Source: Selaginella moellendorffii (Eukaryota > Plantae > Lycopodiophyta). Taken from it: 64,000 nt of DNA. Of the stretch, positions 51,106-60,786 are shown piece after piece (within the stretch, counting starts at the first letter, position 1; the number at the start of each line of letters is the position of its first letter). The notes below the pieces were generated by a model. It ran no database searches, was not told the DNA's origin, and worked only from the letters and a program-made list of their open reading frames with translations. The position numbers and the translations under genes were made by a program. Where the stretch lies: NCBI RefSeq assembly GCF_000143415.4, contig NW_003314397.1:186001-250000 (forward strand), given 5' to 3'.

Positions 51106-53056
51106 TTAGAGATCCTCCGCTGGCTTGAGAGCTGGATAGAGTACTACTTCCTGTGCAAGCAAGCAAGAAATTCAGCACAGAACTACCGAGGAAAGAAAAC
51201 GAACAGCAATAAAAACACTACCTTGATGTCCACTGAATCTGTTAGCAGCATCACCAAGCGATCGATTCCACAGGCCCAGCCCGAGCACGGCGGGAGGCCA
51301 TACTCCAAGAGTGTGTGTAGTTCACTGTTCTCTTGCGCTTCCGCGGGATCCCTGCACTGGGTGAATCCACTCACCAGCTGCGAAAAACGAAGTCAAATTT
51401 TCGGAGTTGAGTGAAGTGAAGCTCACCTGACTCTTGCTGACAAAGAGCTTGAAGTGCTCCGCAAGAAGTGGCGTGGAGCTGTGCGTTTTCGCAAATGGAG
51501 TGCTCCTCTTGGGGTAGTCGACAATGAAAGTCGGGGACACGCTTGTTGCCTCCAGGAAATGGCCCGCTAGCTGCAACACGAACTCAAACATTAGGCCTTG
51601 CAAACAAGACATGCTAGAATACCGAAGACAAGAGGTTCGCTGTTGAGAGAGGCGGCGGACATGCCACGCCCTTGGAAGAGCACGTCTCTCTTAAGAATTC
51701 ATTGGCCTGCTCCGACGCAAGGTCCTCTGGAAACTTGAGGCCCAGTGCCTCTTCAAGGCCTTTCACCACCTCCACCCTCCTAGAAAGCATATAATGAGAC
51801 GAGCCAAAGACGAGGAGGAGCTCACCTGAATGGAGGAGTGAAGTCGATCACAACAGGAGGGCTGTCGTAGCCGTCGGAATGGTAATAGACTTTGTATCCG
51901 CCAGTGATCTTCATAACCAATCCTAGACAGAACAGTTGTCCGTCACGAAATAAGAGAGCTCGGGTGTTTACCTGAAAGCAGCTTCTCGGTCATCTCCATC
52001 AAGTCCTTGTAGTCGGCATATGCTTTATACATCTCGCAAGTAGTGAACTCGGGGTTGTGTGTCCGGCTCATTTCTTCGTTGCGGAACTGCTTGCCAATCT
52101 CGTACACGCCAAAAAAGTTGGACACAATCAGCTGCAGCAGCTGATCCGACGAGACCCGAAGAACCATGTCCAGGTTTAGTTGGTTGTGATGCGTCTTGAA
52201 ACCGTTCGCGACACTTCTTTGCTCGAGAACCCCAGTGTTCACCTGCATCTCGATCGTTACCACGCCGCAAAGAAGCTCCTCCCGATCAAAGTTTACCTCT
52301 GTAACGCCACTAGTTTCCATGTAAGTCCGAATGTAGTTCACGGCCTCGGTTCGGGCAGCAAACACGGACTTGATGTCCGGGTTGACAATCAAGTCGAGAA
52401 CCCGGTTCCTGTACCTTTCTTCCTACAAGAGGGAATAGCTGGTTTTACTGACGGCTGACTACTATACGAGAGAAGACGAACCTGATCACTCAGCACATAT
52501 GCGCTTGGATCTCGTGCTTTCCCCGGCCTCCAAGACTCTTGCTCCGTGTGGCTATCACCCTCGCGTTCTGGCAAAGTGCGTAGGCAAGGAGCCAACAAGC
52601 ACAACTTCTCCACGGAAATCCCCAGCTCGCCATGACACGCCGAGGCAAAACCCGAAACACCAACAATATCACCCCGCTCGATCTCAGCTCCGAGTTTCGG
52701 CACTCTGGATAGATAGAAAGATCACATCAGTCACTCACAGAAGAAGAACAAGAAACCTGGCGTGATCCACAAATGCTGGAAGCTTTCCCACGACCGACTC
52801 GAGCACGTAGCACGTCGAGTCGGGCTCGAGGCGTTTGTGCATTACCTTGCCTGGAACAATTTGCATTTGTCACAGAGACTACGAGCGGTGAAAATCCTGC
52901 TCTACCTGCGACGGAGACGAGGGTGTTGGAGCGCTGCCCAGCTTCCAGCTGCCCGAATTCGTCGTGGAACTGGGCCAAGGTCATCGACACCTCGAACTTG
53001 TGAGGATACGCATTGCCCAGGCTTTCCTCGAGAGAAGAAAGACGCTGGCTCCCCAT
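51106..53056 (-). CDS. Divergent tandem lysyl-tRNA synthetase paralog, copy 2 (active-site substitutions)
   Basis: Similar exon layout to copy 1 and frame open through the inferred splices; '[20 protein letters not shown]' and '[16 protein letters not shown]' retained. Confidence 0.85.
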
Positions 53057-53077
53057 GGAGAATGCGCGGCGCCCACT

Positions 53078-53090
53078 AAAACCCTAACCC
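53078..53090. promoter_or_regulatory. Telo-box (AAACCCTA) in a 78-nt divergent promoter
   Basis: aaaaccctaaccct between the divergent starts at 53056 and 53135. Similar boxes occur near 34597, 36338, 38502, 43102, 44453, 47764, 50957 and 50975. Confidence 0.55.
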
Positions 53091-53134
53091 TTATCTTTGA
53101 ATGGGTTCTATAGTAGAGAAAGTGGGTCAATGGC

Positions 53135-55432
53135 ATGAACCATGAGGTTCTAGTGCGGAGCATCCGCTCGCTAGCGAGCGCCAAAGATCTTCCTCGAGCG
53201 CGGCTACTCCACGCGCAAATCGGCAGCGCGCCGGGCAGATTTCTTGCCAATCTCCTCGTCCAGATGTATGGCAAATGCGGCGCCGTGGAAGAAGCCCAGC
53301 GGGTCTTCGATCAGATCCCCGATCCAAATGCCTTCTCGTGGAGCATCCTCATGGCGGCCTACGAGCAGAACGGCGATCTCCTCGCGAGCAAGCGTTGCTT
53401 CGATCGAATGACGCAGCGGGACGTCGTGTGCTGGAACGCGCTGATCTCCTGCTTGGATCGGATGGGCGACAATGTCTCTTGCCGCAAGGCCTTCGATCGG
53501 ATGCCCCATCGCAGCCTCATCTCCTGGAACTCGATGCTCACGTCGATCGCTGCGAATGGAGGAGGAGGCGACCTTGCGCAATCCTGGGAGATTTTCAATT
53601 CCATGCCCGAGAGGGACACCGTCGCGTGGAATTCGATGCTTGCGGCTCACACCACCTGCGGCGTCGATGGCGATCTGGGATCCGCGAAGAGCCTCTTCGA
53701 TCGGATTCCTCGCAGGGACGTGATCTCTTGGACGAGCCTCGTCCAGGTATGTGCCACAACCAGGCATTTTGATCTTGCTCACTCGGTCTACCAGAGAATT
53801 CCCCAGATCAACAGCATCACTCGCAACACAATGCTCCAGGCATTCTCGGATGACCAGAATCTCACAGCAGCGGTGGAGCTGTTCACATCCACGCCCGAGA
53901 TCGACGTCGTATCGCGGACCACCATGATCCAGGCATTTGCCCAGAGTGGGCATCTGGATGATTCAAAGGCCCTCTTCGATTCCATGACCGATCGAAACGT
54001 GGTAACTTGGACCGCGATGCTGCTCGCCTTTTCGGATCACGGCCGATCGAATGACTCCCAGGTCGTGTTTGGAAGAATGCCCAAGCAAAATCTCGTGGCT
54101 GGGAACGCGCTCGTCAGCTCCCTCTCGCGAGCGGGCGATCTCACGGCTGCCAGGCTCGTGTTTGAGGATCTCCCAGAGCGCGATTCCATCTCCTGGAACA
54201 CGCTGCTCATCGGCGCGGTAGAGGAGAGCTTCAGGATCGACGGTGGAGATTCAAATCCAGCTCGAATCGATGGCGCTAAGAAGCTCTTCCTCCTCATGCC
54301 CGCCCTCTCTCTCGTCTCCTGGAACGCGATGATCTCCGCCTGTGCTCGATCGAATCGCGTCACAGAAGCCCAGACCCTTTTCGATCAGATGCCCGATCAC
54401 GACACTGTCTCGCTCACCGCGATCTTCCAAGCTTATGCGCTGAATGGGCATCTCCAAGAAGCAAAGCGGATGTTCGACTCCACCACGCAAAGAGATTCCA
54501 TCCTCTGGATGTGTATGGTCCGGGCGTATATCGAGGACGGCCAGATCCAGCGCGCACACGAGCTCTTCGACAGGATGGACGGACGAGATTCGTCGTGCTG
54601 GACATCGATGGTCCAGGCTCACGCCGTAGACGGCAATACGGAAGACTCCATAGCCATGCACGAGAGAATGCCGTACCACGGAAGGATCGCATCTACGTCG
54701 GTTCTGACGGCTTATTCCCAGGCCGGGAATCTCAGCTCCGCCAAGGCCGTGTTTGAAACCATGCAAGAAAGAGATATTGTCGCCTGGACCGCAATCCTTA
54801 CGGCATATGCCCAAAGAGGGTATAACCTTGAGACTTCTCAAACTTTCAAGATGATGCCCGAATGGAGCATCTTTCCTTTCAACGTCGCCGTATGTGGATA
54901 TGCCCAAAACGGGCACATTGAAGATGCTAAGGAGCTCTTTGACAAGATGCCAGAACACAATCTAATCTCCTGGAACGCACTTCTTGCAGGATATGCCCAG
55001 AACGGGCATTGCGATTCGGCGATCGAGGCCTTCCGTGCGATGAACCTGGAGGGCGATGCAGCGCCGAATGACATCTCCCTCACGAATGTCTTGGCGGCCT
55101 GCGGCCACAAGGGCCTGCTGGAGATGAGCCGGGAGTGTTTTGTGTCGGTGAGCTCTGACTATGGATTGAAGCAGTGCAAAGAGCAGTATAGCTGTGTGGT
55201 TGATCTGCTGGGACGACTGGGAGAAATTGAGATTGCCGAGGAGATTGTGAAGGCAATGCCATTTGTGGCTGATGATGTGGTGTGGGGCTCTGTGTTAGGT
55301 GCCTGTAGAACCCAAGAGGAGAATGGGATGAGAGCAGCAGTTCAAGCAGTGGATTGGATTGCACAACTCAATCCAGACAATGGCTCGTGTTACATCCTCT
55401 TAGCAAACATGTATGCTACGACTAATCCCTGA
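53135..55432 (+). CDS. PLS-class PPR protein ending in a partial E domain (no DYW)
   Basis: Intronless 765 aa; 'NLLVQMYGKCG', short PPR repeats, 'MPFVADDVVWGSVLGAC', 'YILLANMY'. Confidence 0.93.
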   Translation: MNHEVLVRSIRSLASAKDLPRARLLHAQIGSAPGRFLANLLVQMYGKCGAVEEAQRVFDQIPDPNAFSWSILMAAYEQNGDLLASKRCFDRMTQRDVVCWNALISCLDRMGDNVSCRKAFDRMPHRSLISWNSMLTSIAANGGGGDLAQSWEIFNSMPERDTVAWNSMLAAHTTCGVDGDLGSAKSLFDRIPRRDVISWTSLVQVCATTRHFDLAHSVYQRIPQINSITRNTMLQAFSDDQNLTAAVELFTSTPEIDVVSRTTMIQAFAQSGHLDDSKALFDSMTDRNVVTWTAMLLAFSDHGRSNDSQVVFGRMPKQNLVAGNALVSSLSRAGDLTAARLVFEDLPERDSISWNTLLIGAVEESFRIDGGDSNPARIDGAKKLFLLMPALSLVSWNAMISACARSNRVTEAQTLFDQMPDHDTVSLTAIFQAYALNGHLQEAKRMFDSTTQRDSILWMCMVRAYIEDGQIQRAHELFDRMDGRDSSCWTSMVQAHAVDGNTEDSIAMHERMPYHGRIASTSVLTAYSQAGNLSSAKAVFETMQERDIVAWTAILTAYAQRGYNLETSQTFKMMPEWSIFPFNVAVCGYAQNGHIEDAKELFDKMPEHNLISWNALLAGYAQNGHCDSAIEAFRAMNLEGDAAPNDISLTNVLAACGHKGLLEMSRECFVSVSSDYGLKQCKEQYSCVVDLLGRLGEIEIAEEIVKAMPFVADDVVWGSVLGACRTQEENGMRAAVQAVDWIAQLNPDNGSCYILLANMYATTNP

Positions 55433-55641
55433 AGAGTCACGTAATTGTTTTAATTATTGCGAGCGTGATCCATTGCAATGCCATCGACACAGCTAATACC
55501 GTCTGATCGTGGTTCCCATAGCTCGCATACTGCAGCTCCAATTGATCAACCACATGCATTAAAATGCTTTGGCAGAGCTATTTTTTAATAACTAAATAAA
55601 GAGTTAGAGAGAGCTGAATGAATTAAAATCAATATCTCTGA

Positions 55642-55930
55642 TTAACTGGCAAAGCGCTTGTTGTTCGTGTCCACGAAGCCAGCCTCCACAACACCATTCT
55701 CGACGTAAACAAGCTCGCTCACCCAGGGATGCATGTAAGCCAGGGCAGCACCCTTGGGCCCGAGATAGATCCGCGCCACGGACAGCCCCATGATATTGAG
55801 AGCCGGGAAAGTGGTGATGGATGGCTTGCATGAAGTTGAAGAGAGGATGAGGGTGTTTGTATCAGTGTTGGTGCTGAGTCTTTGGAGGTGACTTGCAAGT
55901 ATGGCTTACCTTTGATCAAATTGTGGCTTG
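55642..55930 (-). pseudogene. Germin-like protein, N-terminal half (decayed)
   Basis: FPALNIMGLSVARIYLGPKGAALAYMHPWVSELVYVENGVVEAGFVDTNNKRFAS* matches germin box 1. Confidence 0.8.
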
Positions 55931-56092
55931 GGTGTTTGTCTGTCTGACTTAAATTTAAGCCTTAATTCCATACCATGTTAATTGGTGGTATTTTCTTATT
56001 AAGCCACTGATATGCCAAATTCTGTTTAATGTTGTTTTGCTTATTAGTTGATGTAAGATATTCTAGGATTATTCCACACAAGATGTTTGCCA

Positions 56093-56257
56093 ATGATTGT
56101 GATCCCGCAAGGTGTGCTCCAGTACGTGGTGCTCAACAGCCAGAATCCTTCCTTCCAGATATCATCATCTGCATTGTTTGGACCCAACTGGCCGGATGAA
56201 GTCCTGGAAGCGTCTTTCAGTCTCAACAGGACTGCCATCGATCCGCTGCACAATTAA
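56093..56257 (+). pseudogene. Germin-like protein, C-terminal half (opposite strand)
   Basis: MIVIPQGVLQYVVLNSQNPSFQISSSALFGPNWPDEVLEASFSLNRTAID resembles the germin C-terminus (FPxGxxH..SQNP..ALFG..PDEVL). Confidence 0.7.
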
Positions 56258-56651
56258 TTTCAATAAAACACTAAGGGAGACGACTGCATGCATGCCCTGT
56301 CTCGCCCCGCACCTTGCATAAATTGTATTAACAATTTATACTTGAGCTTAGCGTGAGGAACTGCACCATACCCGAGCAGGGGTAAGTAGATCAGAGAGGG
56401 GATGTATCCTGGGGTGGCCCGCACGTTATTTTCTTTCCTTTGTTTAATCAGGCTGTATTAAGCACAACCGTTCTCAGCTCGAGCATGAGTTGTCTCTAGA
56501 TGATGTCTATCGAGTTCAAGACCTCCCCGCATATGTGCAGATAATTCATCTTTGAAAAATTACTGGATCTCCAAAACCAGCTTGTTTCGGAAGAAAAAAA
56601 GATACCATTATTCTCTATTCCTATCAAGTCTCATATCCCTGTAGACTGGGA

Positions 56652-57965
56652 CTAGCAACAGCTCCGGGCCTTTCGAAACTCCTCTACATAGATCTGCTCC
56701 ACGAAAGGCGAGCAGAACTTATCTTCTAACAGTGCGTATCTGGGATCCTGACAGATTATTTCCGATCGCAGGTGGAAGTCGCAAGTTGTTGTTGTAGAGT
56801 CCAGCCTTTTGACGATACTTTCAACCGTATTGCGGATGGAAGACATGGTACGTCCGTTAATGAAGTGCAGGAGCACCCTGTGCCAATCCTCCTCGTCTTC
56901 CAAAAGTATAGCGACTTCTTTTGGCTCCAGCTCAGCTGGTGGTGCAAGTCTGAAGTCGTTCCCGTCCCCCCACTCAATACCTGGTTCGCATCCGCCTAAC
57001 TGCTTAATCCGAGCTATCTCCATGCAAGCCTCGTCCAGCACATCCAGAAACTGGGGATGGAAACCAGCGTAAAAATCCACGTCCTTGGTCCGCTGCTTAT
57101 GACCAGTTACGACGGCTCCCAGCACGGAGTGAAGAAGAAAGACTTCTCTTTGTTCCTGCGAAAGACAAGGCAGGATTTAATTGACGAGCACGAGACGTAT
57201 AGAAACACAAACCTTGGTAAAACCCCTGACACGATAGATTACTACTCCCTCCGAGTAACTCAAGTTGGCAGCCACAGCTTGGTGTGCTGTAGGAGACACG
57301 CCCCACACGACTTTGTAAGGCTCAACAATGGCTTTGAGCGTCAGGAAGGTGTTTTCCAGTTCTCTAGCGCCCGGTCTCTCGATGCCACGAATGTCCAGAG
57401 CTTGCTCACCATCAGCAATAAAAGTAAAATCGTCCCCAGCTGCTGCCCTCTCCTTGAGAAACTTCCGAAGCCTCTCCATCCATTTTCCTATGTTCCCAGA
57501 CCCACTAAAGTCCCCGTCCTCCTCCATTTCTTCTTCCATTTTGTGAACCGCGTCACGAACCGGCTTGTGCTCGTCTGCACCGGAGTATGCAAAGCGGAGC
57601 CCATCAAGCAGCCATAGCGGTGCTCTGGCCTTCTCCATGTTCCACACGCAAACGATCACACTCTTCGCTGGACCATGCGCATAGAACATGTTCGCAATTG
57701 CCCTCAACCGGCAACTTTTCCCGGTGCCCTTGGGCCCGACAACAAGTAACTCTTGCTCACGTTCAAGAGACAGGACATGCCACAGCAGTTTCTGCAAGTC
57801 CGGTGACCCCACAAAAAGAAAAGACTTTCGAGTGCCTGTGTAAGGAAGGATGGTCACCTGGTTGGGATTGAGTAGATCCTTGCATTTGATCTGCTGCCAA
57901 GATGCCTCCACTGTATCATCTCTGGCTACGCGCCGCCGCTTCTTCGCAGCCTTTGCTCTCTCCAT
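56652..57965 (-). CDS. Two-exon orphan P-loop NTPase (CR/STAND-like), ~418 aa
   Basis: Walker A 'LLVVGPKGTGKS' and Walker B-like 'FTFIADGEQALD'. A 57-nt GT-AG intron (57156-57212) joins the two ORFs in frame. NLS-like KKRRR at the N-terminus. Confidence 0.7.
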
Positions 57966-58139
57966 GAGTGCCCAAAATTTTCACCCTGGACGAGCTGTTT
58001 TTGTGTTAACCGAGCAACAAGTGTGTGTATCTTGTAGCTGTAAGGTAAGTCCCTTGTGTACCATATTACCCACAAGGTAATGGACAAGCAAAATTAACAA
58101 ACAAAACGCTCAAAACATACTCAAGAAAATAATTAAGAC

Positions 58140-60263
58140 ATTGGGATGAAAGAATTTATGATGCTTTTTGGGCTTACAGAACTGCTTTCAAAGTTTCTGG
58201 CCATTGAACTTGAAATTAATCAAAAAGAATCAATTAAGAAAAGACTCGCAGTACTTGAGAAACTCAATGAAGAAAGACTGAGTGCAATATGGACAATTGA
58301 AGCAATACAGATTAGAAAAAAAGCTTATCACAATCGCAAATAAGTCAAGAAAAACAAAGTGCATTACAAACTAGGAGATCCTATATTATGGCATCATGGC
58401 AATGTAGATAAACTTGGAAGAAAACTCATTCATCAATGGAAAGGACCATTCAAGATTACAAGTATACAAATCCCAAGAACAGCAAGATTTGCAACTTTAG
58501 ATGAAAAATTGCAAGTAGTTAACTTGAACAAATTGAAGATTTACATGAAGTGTTTCACACTATGGTGGAATACCAGAAATTTCAAGAGAAAACACTAAGA
58601 GAAATCGAAGAAAACACATTCGAATGCATGCAAACACTTAGAAAAAATTCACCTCAACAAGAATATGACCTAACCCTAATCTTGGCGGCTGAGAGAAGAA
58701 AAGAGTTATGGGTGATGGTGCGTGAGGAAAGAGGGGGGCAAACAGTGGTCAAGGCTGCTGCAATTCTTGGTATGGTGAAAGCATAGCTTCAATGAGGACT
58801 AGAGTCACTTTGAGGGCTCCACACCATCCACAGGAAGAGGAAGTGGTTGACTTCTTGGACAATGAGAACAAGGTATGCTCGGTTTTCCAAGTGGGAAACC
58901 TAGAGTGGTCTCGAGACAAGACTCTTGACACATGGCTGTAGAAGTATCAGCTCTATGCATTCTCGATTCTCATGATGGCTACAGTAAGCTCTGATCCATA
59001 GAGTATCGAGAGGAAAATTATCAATTTTGCACGCAGGAAACTCACGATTGAAGAAGAAGACTTCACCAAAGCTCTTCAACTACCAAACAGGGGAAAGCGA
59101 GTGATGGCTCTGCGAGATAGAGCCATCGAACTGCAGATCATGAAGCACGTAGCAAACTACAAGACAGCAGCATCTCTACAGTTCTCGAATGTGAAAGAAA
59201 ATTTGCGAGGGATTTTCAAATTCCTTTTTGCAACATTGGAGTTCTAACAAATGGTGACATCAGTGAGCAAGAGGAAGAGGAGCAAGACAGCCATGAGGAA
59301 GTGAAGGAAAAGCAAGTGGAAGTTGAGGATGAACAAGACAAAGCCAAGAAGGAAACTCCAAAGGAACAAGAGGTTGAAGACCGCGAGAACATGCAAGAGG
59401 AACCACCCCATGACAGAGAAAAACCGATGGATCACGCACAGAAGATCCCAGTGCCAGAGAAAAATCAAGAGGAAGGGATTACCAATGACAAGCTCTTGGA
59501 GACTCTAGTTTGCAATCTTGAGTCTGCGACACAGGACTGCAACCTTGAGCCCAAAATAGTTGTGATAACTGCAACAGCCAAAGACAATGAGAAGGGTTTG
59601 GACAAGGCAAGTTAGGAGTTCCCACCAATCAAAAAAGCTGAGGAGATGGAGAACTATGGAATGCAGGATGGAGCAGAGTGACACCTCCACAATCGTCCTT
59701 CATGCTGCTACACTCCAGAGAAACGAGGACAAAAGGAGCTCGAGCATGGCAACCACAGCAACTAGAAGCTCCCGCACAACGTCCTCCAATAGTACCACGA
59801 CTCCAAGCTAGCAGTGTACACTCGTGATACACTCGTGATGGCATTGAGAGCTTCTATGAGAAGACGTTTGTCAAGCTGATAGAGCAACGCCTTTCCAAAC
59901 TCGGGGATGGTTTCAAGCAGCTGAACGCCGTGATCAAGAGCATTCGCAGCCATGGAATTCTAACTCCAAAATCCTGTAAGGAATCCTTCGACCTTACACA
60001 GCAGTTTCAGCAGAAAAATGCAAAGCTCAACAAGGAGCTACTCGCGGCAAAAGAAAAAATCTGCACGCTCAAAGAAGCAACCCAGACTTACAAAGAGGAA
60101 GAAGAGGATGAGGAACCACATGAGGGAATGGCTACCCAAGATGCAACGATGGAGTAGTGATTGTGGGATGTAGCATGAAACAGTCGTGGGAGAGTGAAGA
60201 AAGAGGAAAAAGGTAAGTTTGAAAGTTCAAGCTTAGGAAAATAAACTTGAAAAGTTCAAGGTT
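58140..60263 (+). mobile_element. Ty3/gypsy remnant: integrase C-terminal (GPY/F) region plus decayed downstream ORFs
   Basis: RL..LEKLNEERL.A...Q.RKKAYHN..*..YKLGDPIL..KL..QWKGPFKI, followed by stop-riddled acidic/coiled-coil frames. Confidence 0.7.
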
Positions 60264-60786
60264 TAGACTTAACCTTGAACATCTCAAGTTTGTTTTCCTA
60301 AACTTGAACTTCCGAGTTTGCCTTTTTCCTTTTTCTCCACTCTCCCATGACTGTCTTGTGCTATGTCTTGCAATCATTTCTCCATCACTACATTTTGGAT
60401 AGCCGTTTTCTTCATGTGGTTCCTCCTCCTCCTCTTCCTCTTCGTAAGTCTAGGCTGCTTCTTCGAGCACGTGGATTCTTTCTTTGCCGTGAGCAGCTCC
60501 TTATTGAGCCTTGCATTTTCCTACTAAAACTGCTGCATAAGGTTGAAGGATTCCTTACAGGATTTTGGAGTCGGAATTCCATGGCTGTAAATGCTTTTGA
60601 TTGTGGCATTCAGCTGCTTGAAACTGTCCTCGAGTTTGGAAAGGTGTTGTTCCGTCGGCTTGATGAACATCTTCTCGTAAAAGTTCTCAATGCTTTCACA
60701 AGTGTACACTGCTAGCTTGGAGTCATGATACTGTTGCAGGAAGTTGTGCAGGAGCTTCTGGTTGTTGTGGTTGCTGCACTCGAGCT
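59737..60786. repeat. Long imperfect inverted repeat, arms ~520 bp, ~7-nt spacer at 60264-60270
   Basis: Centre: aaacttgaaaagttcaaggtt / aaccttgaacatctcaagttt. Outer arms: gactccaagctagcagtgtacac / gtgtacactgctagcttggagtc. Confidence 0.9.
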
